Origin: Bacteroidota bacterium
Lineage (GTDB): Bacteria > Bacteroidota > Bacteroidia > Bacteroidales > FEN-979
Length of the DNA: 64,000 bases
Assembly: GCA_016868575.1 (NCBI GenBank)
Contig: VGGL01000004.1
Span: forward strand, 3,062-67,061
Direction of reading: 5' to 3'
Shown: positions 28,252-37,290 of the stretch, in pieces
Position numbering within the stretch: position 1 is the first letter of the stretch
Layout of the letters: each line of letters starts with the position of its first letter
Program-made: the position numbers and the translations under genes
The notes under the pieces: generated by a model
What the model was told of the DNA's origin: nothing
What the model saw: only the letters and a program-made list of their open reading frames with translations
Databases searched by the model: none

Positions 28252-29049
28252 TCAAATGAGTTCCACCGAACTATTTTGCAGCCAACCCACACTCCCATTG
28301 GCAAGACGTATCTCCATCCAGTCGCCAATCCGGTCAACGACCGCAACCTTTGTTCCTTCATGAACGACAAACAGATCCACAGAATTGCTGTCAGGGGATG
28401 ATTTTACGGTTACGGAAGGCGTGAAGACAATGGCTTCATCATGAGACATCAGGTTTTTGTAGCTACGGAAGGCAAAATGGATGGAAAAGAAAAAGAATAT
28501 GAGGAATGAAAAACCTAACCAGAAAGCTGATTTTCTGATCCCCGAACTTTTAGCGAAAAAAAACAGGGCAAATAAAACCAGTGAAATGAAAAACAGAATG
28601 ACTCCGGTCCATGCCCAACCGTTCACGGAAGTCAATGAATTGATTTGCTCCCACCAGGTGATGAGGAAAAACCGGGGAACGGATTCGATCTTATCGACGA
28701 TCTTGCTGTTGACTAATTTCAGGTTGAACTGGATATTTTCATTTCCGGGATTAAGCCGGATTGCCCTTTCATAGTTAAGAATGGCTTGCGGATATTGGTT
28801 CTGCTTGAAACAGGCATTACCCAGGTTATAATATAGTTGGGATGATTCAAAGCCGGAACGGAGCACCTGCTCATAAAGATCGATGGACTGTGCATACGTT
28901 TTCTTTGTATAGGCTTCGTTGGCTTGTTGGATCAGTTCATCCGGCGTGCCGGCCAGACTTTGCTGAGAAACCGGCAGACTGACAAGTAAAGTGACCGAAG
29001 TGAAAGTCAGGATGTATTTTCTGATCAGGATCATATTGAAAAAATTCAT
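28252..29049 (-). CDS. batE: BatE-like protein (TPR repeats, TM segments, C-terminal SH3b domain)
   Basis: 265 aa. TPR strings YNLGNACFKQNQYPQAILNYERAIRLNP, two or three hydrophobic helices, and an SH3-like C-terminus VHEGTKVAVVDRIGDWMEIRLANGSVGWL. It is the last gene of the bat operon. Confidence 0.75.
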   Translation of the reverse strand: MNFFNMILIRKYILTFTSVTLLVSLPVSQQSLAGTPDELIQQANEAYTKKTYAQSIDLYEQVLRSGFESSQLYYNLGNACFKQNQYPQAILNYERAIRLNPGNENIQFNLKLVNSKIVDKIESVPRFFLITWWEQINSLTSVNGWAWTGVILFFISLVLFALFFFAKSSGIRKSAFWLGFSFLIFFFFSIHFAFRSYKNLMSHDEAIVFTPSVTVKSSPDSNSVDLFVVHEGTKVAVVDRIGDWMEIRLANGSVGWLQNSSVELI

Positions 29050-29052
29050 CTT

Positions 29053-30945
29053 TTATTTAAGTTCTCGTTCAATCCGGCTGATGATGTTGAGCGCTTCCTC
29101 ATAAATCGATTCCATGGCCATGTTTTGATCACCCGGAGCGAAACGTGCAAATTCAGTGTTGTTAAGCGCCTGGACAAATTGATTCACAATATCTTCACCC
29201 ACATTCCTTCCTGTCAGGGTTTCCTTGACATTGTCGATGGAGAGTTCTGACATCGGGATCGTATATTTATCACTCAGGTACCCCCATAGCGATCGAGAGA
29301 TTTCTTCGAAGAATGGCTGGTCTTCTTTCTTGTTTAAATGTTCCCTTGCTTTCTGAAGTCTGCGGATGGCTATCCTTGTAGCTTTACGGTTTCGCATGAG
29401 ATCCTTGTTACTCCGCTTTTTAAGCTCTTTACGGAAAATGATGATAAAGGCAATGAAAAGGATCAAAGGGATCAATAACAAGCTGAGGAACAGATAAGAT
29501 CCGAAGAAAAAATGACCTGTCCGCTGCAACCGGATCAAACCGGTGTCAATATGCCTGATATCACTTCCTATGTACTTAATGTCTTCCTTTTCTACGCCCG
29601 AATAGGAGTAACCCTGCCCCGAACCGGTACCTTTCTCAACCTCAATGTCATAGGAAGGGGTCTCAAGGGTCAGATATTGCATCTTCTCCAGGTTGAAAAA
29701 GGAAAATTGAACAGGGGGAATGGTGAATTTTCCATGGTTTCGTGGAATGAGCAGATACTCAAAGGTTTTACTGCCGGAGACACCTGTATGCGAAGTATTG
29801 ATATTACTGGTTACTTTTGGGTCGTATGTTTCAAAATCGGTTGGAAACGAGGTGTTTAACTTATCAATAAGCTGGATATTTCCCGATCCGGTGATGGTAA
29901 TCCGGTAGGTTATGGCATCATTGGCCTGGAGTTTTGTCTTGTCAATTTCTGGTTTGATGGTAAATGAGCCGACTGCTCCGCTGAAATCAGCAGGCCGGCC
30001 ATTGGCAGGAAGGGATTTTACACGGATGGTCAGGGCGTTTGATTTCAACTTCTTCTCGACATTTTTAACAGAAGAACCGAAGAAGTCATCATTGAAGAAA
30101 TTATCGAAGAATGGATCTCCGGTCTGAACCCGTCTTTTGCTTCGAACCTGAGCCAGACAAGTCATCTCCATGGGTTCAATGGTAAGTGTCCCGGACTTCA
30201 GTGGGAAGATCTGCACTTTTTTAATCTCAGCGACCACGTAGTTCTCCCCGTTCATCGTCTCATTGTATTGCTTGAATTTCTCATTTTCCTTGAAAAGATC
30301 CTGAGACCAAAATCCCGGGAAGGAAGAGAGTTTATCGGTTATGATCTGGGCAATAGGGACTTTCGTATAAAGCTTAAACGTGATGATGATCCCCTGTCCC
30401 TGATAGGGGGTTGAATTATTTGGAACAGCCCGGAGGAAGACATCCTGGGCAGAGAGGCCTTCTTCCTGGCTTTGAGGCTGGTTTCTCCCCTGGGGTGTAC
30501 TTCTGTTTTGGGATGGTTGAGAAAGGCTGGTCACAACTTTGACCGAAACCGAGTTGGATGAATACGATTTTCCGTCAACATTGATCGAGGCGGGCCCGAT
30601 CACAAAGCTCCCTTCTCTCAAAGGTTTGAGCAGGTAGGTGAAGGTATATTGAACGGCCATCGTGGTTTTACCGTTGATGGTCTGGATGCCGGTACTGGAT
30701 GATTGCCCCGGTCCATTTACCACTTCAAACCCCTTAAAATCAGGACCTTTGAATCCTGATCCCTGGGTATTAAGCCGGTAAGTCAGACTGAAAAATTCCC
30801 CAACGGCGACTTCACTTTTGGTGGCGGCAGTAAATTGAACTTCCTGTGCTGAAAGGCCGGTTACGTAAATAAACAGGACTCCTGTGAGGAATAAAGAATA
30901 TTTGAGTTTCCGCATCATCGCTTGCAAAGGTAGCTGTTTTACCAA
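29053..30945 (-). CDS. batD: BatD-like protein
   Basis: 630 aa with a signal peptide, a long beta-rich ectodomain, one C-terminal TM (FFFGSYLFLSLLLIPLILFIAFIIIF) and a cytoplasmic tail. Its position after batC fits. The start may instead be the MMRKLKYS methionines at about 30918. Confidence 0.75.
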   Translation of the reverse strand: MVKQLPLQAMMRKLKYSLFLTGVLFIYVTGLSAQEVQFTAATKSEVAVGEFFSLTYRLNTQGSGFKGPDFKGFEVVNGPGQSSSTGIQTINGKTTMAVQYTFTYLLKPLREGSFVIGPASINVDGKSYSSNSVSVKVVTSLSQPSQNRSTPQGRNQPQSQEEGLSAQDVFLRAVPNNSTPYQGQGIIITFKLYTKVPIAQIITDKLSSFPGFWSQDLFKENEKFKQYNETMNGENYVVAEIKKVQIFPLKSGTLTIEPMEMTCLAQVRSKRRVQTGDPFFDNFFNDDFFGSSVKNVEKKLKSNALTIRVKSLPANGRPADFSGAVGSFTIKPEIDKTKLQANDAITYRITITGSGNIQLIDKLNTSFPTDFETYDPKVTSNINTSHTGVSGSKTFEYLLIPRNHGKFTIPPVQFSFFNLEKMQYLTLETPSYDIEVEKGTGSGQGYSYSGVEKEDIKYIGSDIRHIDTGLIRLQRTGHFFFGSYLFLSLLLIPLILFIAFIIIFRKELKKRSNKDLMRNRKATRIAIRRLQKAREHLNKKEDQPFFEEISRSLWGYLSDKYTIPMSELSIDNVKETLTGRNVGEDIVNQFVQALNNTEFARFAPGDQNMAMESIYEEALNIISRIERELK

Positions 30946-31640
30946 TCAATTTCAGTGGTTGTCCGTTCCCCGGCTGCTTTCACTTTCTTCATTTTTTCCT
31001 GGGTCTTCCGCTCTTTGTTTTTCAAGGCTTCCAACATCCGCTCAGCATCTTGTTTGGATATCTTGGGTTTATCCTGCTGTTTTTTTTGTTGTTGATCCTG
31101 ATTGTCCTGTTGTTGCTGATCTTGTTTCTGCTGATCCTGCTGTTGTTTGTCTTTCTGATCTTGCTTGTTTTGCTGCTGTTGTTGCTGTTGTTGTTGTTGC
31201 CGAAGCATGGATTGGGCATAGGCCAGATTGTACCGGGTATCTTCATCCTTCGGGTTTTTCAGCAGGGCTTTTTTGTAAGCATCAATACTTTCGGCATATT
31301 TTTTTTCCTGTAAGAGGGAGTTTCCCAGGTTATGGTAAACATTTGCCTGTTCGTTTTTGTTTTTCGTCTTTTCCGCGATGGAAGAGAAGATCCTGGAAGA
31401 CTCACCAAAGTTATTTTGCTGATAGATTGCATCCCCCAGGTTGAATTGGCCTTTGAATGATTCTTTGTTCTTTTCCAGCGCTTTGCGGTAGTTGATCTCA
31501 GCCTCCTTGTAAAGCTTTTCATCATATTCTGCATTTCCTTTCCGGATGAGTTTTTGCTCGTTTTGTCCCTGAAGGGTGCTCCCGATCAAAGCATGGATCA
31601 ATAGAAGAAGACAAATGGATATAGCTCTCATCGTGGTCAT
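30939..31640 (-). CDS. batC: BatC-like TPR protein with a Gln-rich tract
   Basis: 233 aa with a signal peptide and TPR strings (AEINYRKALEKN, YHNLGNSLLQEKKYAESIDAYKKALLKNP). These are followed by QQQQQQQQQQNKQDQKDKQQQDQQKQDQQQQDNQDQQQKKQQDK. Confidence 0.75.
   Translation of the reverse strand: MTTMRAISICLLLLIHALIGSTLQGQNEQKLIRKGNAEYDEKLYKEAEINYRKALEKNKESFKGQFNLGDAIYQQNNFGESSRIFSSIAEKTKNKNEQANVYHNLGNSLLQEKKYAESIDAYKKALLKNPKDEDTRYNLAYAQSMLRQQQQQQQQQQNKQDQKDKQQQDQQKQDQQQQDNQDQQQKKQQDKPKISKQDAERMLEALKNKERKTQEKMKKVKAAGERTTTEIDW
31072..31203. repeat. Imperfect CAR (Gln codon) trinucleotide repeat inside batC
   Basis: The plus strand shows CTG/TTG runs, for example TGCTGCTGTTGTTGCTGTTGTTGTTGTTGC at 31171-31200. 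These encode the poly-Q tract on the minus strand. Confidence 0.8.
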
Positions 31641-32671
31641 GATTCCGGTTCAAATAATTTCAATTTGCCAAACCACCTGCTTTTCCGCTCAAACAGCAGG
31701 AATTCAATGACAAAGAATAACAGGGCAAGAAAAACAAAGTACTGGAACTGATCTTCATAATCAGTAAAGAGCGCCGTTTCCACTTCCTTTTTTTCCATTT
31801 TATTGATTTCATCAAAGATTTTGTTCAATCCAACTTCGGTATTGCTGGCGCGGATAAAGAATCCATTGCCGGCTGATGCAATTTGCTGGAGCATGGTCTC
31901 ATTCAGCCGGGAGATAACGGTGCTGTTGTTTTTATCTTTCTTATATCCGGCGAGTTTGCCCTCGCGGTAAACCGGAATAACTGATCCTTCATAGGTTCCC
32001 ATTCCGATGGTAAAAATCTTGATTCCTTTTTCGGCTTCCTGTTGAGCCCTTTCGAGGGTGTTGCCTTCATGGTCTTCGCCATCGGAAATGATGATGATCA
32101 CCCGGCTTCGGGCTGGGTCGTTAAAGGCCATGGCGGACTTTTCGATGGCATCGGCAATGGCGGTTCCCTGAACGGGTATCAGATCTGGTGAAACGGTTGA
32201 CAGGAATAACCGTGCAGCCCCGAAATCATTGGTGATGGGCAGTTGCGTATAGGCTCTTCCGGCGAAAACGACCAACCCGAGACGGTCATCTTCCAGGCGG
32301 TCGATCAGCCGCGAAATGGCTTGCTTAGCCCGCTCAAGCCGGTTGGGTTGGATGTCTTCCGCCAACATGCTGTTGGATACATCCAGCGCCACGACCAGGT
32401 CGACCCCTTTCCGCTTTGCTTTCTCCAGTTTAGACCCGGTTTGTGGGTTGGCCAGGGCGAGAATCAGCGACGAAAACCCAAGCATCACCAACGTAAACCG
32501 GAACCATTGCCGGGCATTTGACACATCGGGCATCAACCGCTGGATCAGCGACATGTTTCCAAAATGTTCCAAAACCCTCTTTTTCCTTGCCATCATCAGC
32601 CAGAAAAGTGCTGTCAGCAACGGAATCAGAAAAAGTCCGTACAGGAAGTAATGATGTGAAAACCGTAACAT
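31637..32671 (-). CDS. batB: BatB-like VWA-domain membrane protein
   Basis: 344 aa with N-terminal TM helices, the MIDAS motif VVALDVSNSM, IIIISDGEDHEG and a C-terminal TM. Confidence 0.85.
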   Translation of the reverse strand: MLRFSHHYFLYGLFLIPLLTALFWLMMARKKRVLEHFGNMSLIQRLMPDVSNARQWFRFTLVMLGFSSLILALANPQTGSKLEKAKRKGVDLVVALDVSNSMLAEDIQPNRLERAKQAISRLIDRLEDDRLGLVVFAGRAYTQLPITNDFGAARLFLSTVSPDLIPVQGTAIADAIEKSAMAFNDPARSRVIIIISDGEDHEGNTLERAQQEAEKGIKIFTIGMGTYEGSVIPVYREGKLAGYKKDKNNSTVISRLNETMLQQIASAGNGFFIRASNTEVGLNKIFDEINKMEKKEVETALFTDYEDQFQYFVFLALLFFVIEFLLFERKSRWFGKLKLFEPES

Positions 32672-32703
32672 TTTCCGGCTCAGATTTCAGTTTCTAATTT
32701 ATA

Positions 32704-33696
32704 TCAGGGTAAACTTCTTAACCATGTGTTCCTCAGCAAAAACTCCAGCAGCAATAAAACAAAAGCAGCAAGGACCAGCGGGAAGAACTCTTCTGATTTC
32801 TTCCTGAATACAGTAACATCTATCTTTGATTTTTCAAGTCTGTCGATCTCCCGGTAAATCTCTTCCAGCTTTTTGTTATTCGTTGCCCGGAAATATTTCC
32901 CTCCGGTGGTTGTGGCGATCTCTTTCAACAATTGCTCATCAATCTTCACTTCCACATTTTGATATTGAATGCCGAAGGGGGTTTGGAAAGGATAGGGAGC
33001 CATTCCGTAGGTTCCCACTCCGATCGCATAGATTCTGATGCCGAAGAGCTTGGCAATTTCGCCGGCTGAACGAGGATCCAATGCCCCCATGTTGTTGATG
33101 CCATCGGTAAGCAGGATGATCACCTTACTCACCGCTTTGCTGTTGCGTAGCCTGTCAACCGCGGTAGCCAACCCATCTCCGAGTGCAGTTCCGTCTTCCA
33201 GAATGCCGCTTTTGATATCGGCAAACAGATTCCTGATGACAGCATGATCTGATGTTAGGGGGCTTTGTGTGAATGTTTCTCCGCTGAAGATCACCAGTCC
33301 TATCCGGTCATTGGGTCGGCCTTCAATAAATTTCATGGCTACCTTCTTCGAAGCCTCCAACCGGTCGGGCTTAAGATCCTGTGCGAGCATACTGCCAGAA
33401 ACGTCCATCGCCATAACGATGTCAATCCCTTCAACTGACACATCCTGCCGGCTGGAACTTGATTGCGGCCTGGCGAGGGCCACGATAAGCAAAGCGATGG
33501 CAATGAAACGCAAAGGGATCAGGGAATAGAATGCCAACAGTCTGACACTTCGCTTCCCGGTTTCAAATCCTATGAGAGAGGAATATTGGAGTAGCGCGAA
33601 ATTCTTTCTGAGCATGAAGAAATACCAGGCCACCATGCCGGGGAACAGCACCAGCAAGAGGAGAAAATAGGGATCGGCTAAGGTGATATGTTTCAT
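32704..33696 (-). CDS. batA: BatA-like VWA-domain membrane protein
   Basis: 330 aa with N-terminal TM helices, the MIDAS motif VMAMDVSGSM, IILLTDGINN and a C-terminal TM. Confidence 0.85.
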   Translation of the reverse strand: MKHITLADPYFLLLLVLFPGMVAWYFFMLRKNFALLQYSSLIGFETGKRSVRLLAFYSLIPLRFIAIALLIVALARPQSSSSRQDVSVEGIDIVMAMDVSGSMLAQDLKPDRLEASKKVAMKFIEGRPNDRIGLVIFSGETFTQSPLTSDHAVIRNLFADIKSGILEDGTALGDGLATAVDRLRNSKAVSKVIILLTDGINNMGALDPRSAGEIAKLFGIRIYAIGVGTYGMAPYPFQTPFGIQYQNVEVKIDEQLLKEIATTTGGKYFRATNNKKLEEIYREIDRLEKSKIDVTVFRKKSEEFFPLVLAAFVLLLLEFLLRNTWLRSLP

Positions 33697-34727
33697 GTTC
33701 GCGGATCTACCTCAGGTTCCTTTGTTATTGCTTCAATAGATGGGGACTCCGGAGAGGCTACCAGCATGGTTGTAAGGTTGACAAAATCAACGGCTGCTGA
33801 CATGCTTCCATCATTTTCCCCTGGTAGTGGCTGGGCTTTGGAAAATTTTACCAGGTCTGCGAGGAACAGGATATTTCGCATCTTTTCGATGGGTTGCTGC
33901 GTTACACCTTGCCCTTCCAGCGCCTGGATGATCTCATAGCTCACCATTTCCATCGCCGGGATCTCAAACCGGGCTTCCATGTATTGGCGCAAGATCTCGG
34001 TAAGCATGGAATGGTACTCCTTGAATCTTCCGTTCTGCCAAAGCTTCATTTGTCGCAGGTTTTCGAGTTCTCGCAAGGCCCATTCATGAGGTGCCGGCCG
34101 GATCTCAGCCTTTAGATCGAACAAAGGCTTTTTCGACCTTCTTTTCCTTATATAATATATGATAAACGCAATGATACCAGCCAGCAGCAGGGATCCCAGG
34201 ATGTAGGGCGCCACTTCCGCAAAAGTCAGGGGTGCACTGATCGGTCCTTTGATGGGTTTGATAGCCAGGGTGGTATCGACCGTCGGACTGACCACTTGCA
34301 ACAAGATTGGATCCGTTTGGAGTGGCAGGATTAGATCATTGTCAGATTCCTCCATCTCGAAACGAACAGGAGGAACCACGTAATATCCTGAGTCAAAGAC
34401 TGTGATGAGAACTTTTTGCTTGTAGGTTGTCGACCGCTGGTCTGCACCCGGAAGGGTGTCAATCTTGGATTTGCTGACGATGAGTATCTTGCTGGTGAGG
34501 GTGTCTTTCAACGGAGGCCAGTGAAGTTTCTTGCCTGCAGGAATATTGACCGAAAGATGGAGGTTTATCTGCTCTCCGATCATCATTGCACTGCTGTCGA
34601 GCCGGGCAGAAACCGAAGGCATCTGGGCAATGGCTGGCGCGGACAAAAACAGCGGGATCAAGCCGATGATTGCGATCCGACTGCAGGAATGGAATAAAGA
34701 ATCTATCTTAATTATCAATCGTTGCAT
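33693..34727 (-). CDS. Bat-operon membrane protein (beta-rich ectodomain, TM, DUF4381-like C-terminal half)
   Basis: I place the start at ATG 34727 (MQRLIIKIDSLFHSCSRIAIIGLIPLFLSAPAIAQ), 1 nt after the DUF58 stop. A TM segment (LGSLLLAGIIAFIIYYI) is followed by HEWALRELENLRQ...YHSMLTEILRQYMEARF. The family assignment is from memory. Confidence 0.6.
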   Translation of the reverse strand: MQRLIIKIDSLFHSCSRIAIIGLIPLFLSAPAIAQMPSVSARLDSSAMMIGEQINLHLSVNIPAGKKLHWPPLKDTLTSKILIVSKSKIDTLPGADQRSTTYKQKVLITVFDSGYYVVPPVRFEMEESDNDLILPLQTDPILLQVVSPTVDTTLAIKPIKGPISAPLTFAEVAPYILGSLLLAGIIAFIIYYIRKRRSKKPLFDLKAEIRPAPHEWALRELENLRQMKLWQNGRFKEYHSMLTEILRQYMEARFEIPAMEMVSYEIIQALEGQGVTQQPIEKMRNILFLADLVKFSKAQPLPGENDGSMSAAVDFVNLTTMLVASPESPSIEAITKEPEVDPRT

Positions 34728-34728
34728 A

Positions 34729-35604
34729 TCAGGATCTGGCTTCTCTTTTCTTGAACATTTTAACCAATGGTTTAACGTAGTCCTCATCCGTGGAGATTCG
34801 AGCCACATCAACCCCACTCCGGATAAAGAGATCGCTGATCTTCTTTTCGTGCTCTTCCGTCCACCGGTGAAAGGATTCTCTCACCCGGGTGTCTGAAAGA
34901 TCGATCCACCTGTTTTTTCCTGTTTCGGCATCTTTCATTCTCACGATGCCCATCCTGGGGATCTCCAGTTCCCGGCTATCGTAAACGTGAACAGCAATGA
35001 CATCATGCTTTTTATTCGCGATCTTCAGGGCATCGTCAAATCCCCGATCCTGGAAATCTGAGATCAGGAAGGCAGTGCACCTTTTCTTTATGACGTTGGT
35101 AAAGTACTTCAGGGCATTCGCGATATTGGTTTCGCGGTTGTCGGACTTGAAATCTACCAGTTCGCGGATGATGCGAAGGATATGTGAGGTGCCTTTTTTG
35201 GGTGGGATGAATTTTTCGATGTGGTTGGAGAAGAAGATCACCCCCACTTTATCATTGTTCTGGATTGCTGAGAAAGCCAGCACAGCAGCAATCTCAGTGA
35301 TGGCATCCTGCTTGAACACCGTTTTGGAGCCGAATTCATTCGATCCGCTCACATCGATCAGGAGCATCACGGTAAGCTCTCGTTCTTCGTCAAAAACCTT
35401 GACGTATGGGTGGTTGAACCGGGCGGTAACATTCCAGTCGATACTCCGGATGTCGTCGCCAAACTGGTATTCCCGAACTTCGGCAAAGGCCATACCCCGT
35501 CCTTTGAAGACACTGTGGTATTGTCCCGAAAAGATCTGGTTGGACAACCCCCGGGTCTTGATCTCAATTTTTCTGACCTTTTTAAAGATCTCTGATGTTT
35601 CCAT
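34729..35604 (-). CDS. DUF58 protein (MoxR-associated, VWA-like)
   Basis: 291 aa. Strings REYQFGDDIRSIDWNVTARF and MLLIDVSGSNEFGS. It is adjacent to moxR. Confidence 0.85.
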   Translation of the reverse strand: METSEIFKKVRKIEIKTRGLSNQIFSGQYHSVFKGRGMAFAEVREYQFGDDIRSIDWNVTARFNHPYVKVFDEERELTVMLLIDVSGSNEFGSKTVFKQDAITEIAAVLAFSAIQNNDKVGVIFFSNHIEKFIPPKKGTSHILRIIRELVDFKSDNRETNIANALKYFTNVIKKRCTAFLISDFQDRGFDDALKIANKKHDVIAVHVYDSRELEIPRMGIVRMKDAETGKNRWIDLSDTRVRESFHRWTEEHEKKISDLFIRSGVDVARISTDEDYVKPLVKMFKKREARS

Positions 35605-35630
35605 TTCCGGCTCAGGGTCAAGGGTGAGAA

Positions 35631-36620
35631 TCAGGGGACTTCAACCGTGTTGAGAATCTCGTTAATGATTTCTTCCGTGGTGATATTCTCCGCTTCCGCT
35701 TCATAAGTTAACCCGATTCGGTGACGGAGTACATCGTGGGCGACGGCCCGTATATCTTCCGGGATCACATATCCTCTGCGCCGGATAAAGGCGAAGGCTT
35801 TGGCTGCCATCGCCAGATAGATGCTCGCACGTGGTGAAGCTCCGTAGGAGATGAGCCCTTCGAATTTCTTCAGCTTGTTTTCACCCGGATAGCGGGTAGC
35901 AAAGACGATATCTGTGATATAATTTTCGATCTTTTCATCCACATAAACATCGCGGGTTACCTGTCGTGCCCGAAGGATATCCTCGGTTTTGAGGATGGTG
36001 CTGGTTTGACAAGTATCCGAGCTGATATTCTGCCGGATGATCAGTTTTTCTTCTTTTTTGTCGGGGTAACCGATAACGACTTTCAGCATGAAACGGTCAA
36101 CCTGTGCTTCCGGGAGGGGATAGGTTCCTTCCTGTTCGATGGGGTTTTCCGTAGCAAGGACAAGGAAAGGCTCGGGAAGGGCGAAAGTAGTATCTCCGAT
36201 GGTTACTTGTCGTTCCTGCATGGCTTCGAGCAAGGCGCTCTGCACTTTGGCAGGGGAACGGTTGATTTCATCAGCAAGGATGAAATTGGCGAATATCGGT
36301 CCTTTCCGGACGTGGAACTCTTCTTTTTTCTGACTGTAGATCAGGGTTCCGATGAGGTCGGCCGGAAGCAGGTCGGGTGTGAACTGGATCCGGCTGAACT
36401 TGGCGTCGATGATATTGGCCAGGGACTTGATTGCCAGGGTTTTAGCCAGTCCCGGAACCCCTTCAAGCAGGATGTGCCCGTTGGCCAGCAGTCCGATGAG
36501 CAATCGTTCAATCATGTTTTTCTGGCCAATGATCACCTTGTGCATCTCCAGGGTGACCATGTCGACAAATGCACTCTCCTGTTGGATGCGGTCGTTGAGT
36601 TCTTTGATATTGATTTCCAT
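35631..36620 (-). CDS. MoxR-family AAA+ ATPase
   Basis: 329 aa. Walker A LLEGVPGLAKT, Walker B ILADEINRSPAKVQSALLEAMQE, and the typical C-terminus ASPRASIYL. Confidence 0.9.
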   Translation of the reverse strand: MEINIKELNDRIQQESAFVDMVTLEMHKVIIGQKNMIERLLIGLLANGHILLEGVPGLAKTLAIKSLANIIDAKFSRIQFTPDLLPADLIGTLIYSQKKEEFHVRKGPIFANFILADEINRSPAKVQSALLEAMQERQVTIGDTTFALPEPFLVLATENPIEQEGTYPLPEAQVDRFMLKVVIGYPDKKEEKLIIRQNISSDTCQTSTILKTEDILRARQVTRDVYVDEKIENYITDIVFATRYPGENKLKKFEGLISYGASPRASIYLAMAAKAFAFIRRRGYVIPEDIRAVAHDVLRHRIGLTYEAEAENITTEEIINEILNTVEVP

Positions 36621-36642
36621 GGTTGACGGGATTTTGTGGGCG

Positions 36643-36650
36643 CAAAAATA
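36643..36650 (-). promoter_or_regulatory. Bacteroidota -7 box (TAnnTTTG) for the moxR-bat operon
   Basis: The minus strand reads TATTTTTG, 23 nt upstream of the moxR ATG. Confidence 0.45.
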
Positions 36651-36681
36651 GCTATTTTGAAAAATGTGGTTGCCAGCTACC

Positions 36682-36720
36682 TGTTAAATTTTGTTAAGCC
36701 TTTCTGTTAAAGATTGTTAA
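36682..36720. promoter_or_regulatory. Four direct TGTTAA hexamers upstream of the bat-operon promoter
   Basis: TGTTAA occurs at 36682, 36692, 36705 and 36715, with spacings of 10, 13 and 10 nt. It reads TTAACA on the operon strand, about 60-100 nt upstream of the moxR ATG. Confidence 0.4.
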
Positions 36721-36762
36721 TCGGATGCCTCATGTAATGGGAGTTACCGGGAGATCAGCGGA

Positions 36763-37236
36763 TCAGTCATGGTGATACTTCTCATTCCGCAGTATAGAAA
36801 AAGCCCGGTAGAGTTGCTCGGTAAAAACCAACCGTACCAGTTCATGGGAAAAGGTCATTTCTGACAGGGATAAAATATGATCAGCTCGGTTCTTCAAGGC
36901 CAAATCTACACCGTATGATCCCCCTGCAATGAAGATCAGTTGTTTCTTTCCGCTATTCAGCTGTTTCTGGATAAACCCTGCAAATTCCCGGGAGGTAAAG
37001 GATTTCCCTCTTTCATCCAGTAATACGGCGATGGCATCGGCCGGGATCTTTTCCAGGATTTTTTCTGACTCTTTCTTTTTGATGAGCTCGATGGGCTGAT
37101 GCTGTAAATTCTTCAGATCTTGCACCACCTCCAGTTTAACAGGAACATATCGGTTGATACGGGCAAGATAATCTTCCACCCCTTGCCGGACGTACGATTC
37201 ACTTGTTTTTCCCGTTACAATAATGCGGATATTCAT
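36763..37236 (-). CDS. rlmH: 23S rRNA (pseudouridine1915-N3)-methyltransferase RlmH
   Basis: 157 aa. MNIRIIVTGKT..., LLDERGK.FTS.EFA and FIAGGSYG...SLSEMTFSHELVRLVFTEQLYRAFSI match the SPOUT RlmH family. Confidence 0.9.
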   Translation of the reverse strand: MNIRIIVTGKTSESYVRQGVEDYLARINRYVPVKLEVVQDLKNLQHQPIELIKKKESEKILEKIPADAIAVLLDERGKSFTSREFAGFIQKQLNSGKKQLIFIAGGSYGVDLALKNRADHILSLSEMTFSHELVRLVFTEQLYRAFSILRNEKYHHD

Positions 37237-37263
37237 CAGGAGGCGAAATTAATCGAAAAGTAC

Positions 37264-37271
37264 TACATTTG
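37264..37271 (+). promoter_or_regulatory. Bacteroidota -7 box (TAnnTTTG)
   Basis: TACATTTG, 20 nt upstream of the ATG at 37291. Confidence 0.5.
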
Positions 37272-37290
37272 GCATCACAATAACATAGTC

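Noticed and set aside
31050-31313. 87-aa Leu-rich plus-strand ORF (LLLLILFLLILLL...)
   Set aside because: It is the antisense translation of the batC poly-Gln CAG/CAA repeat.
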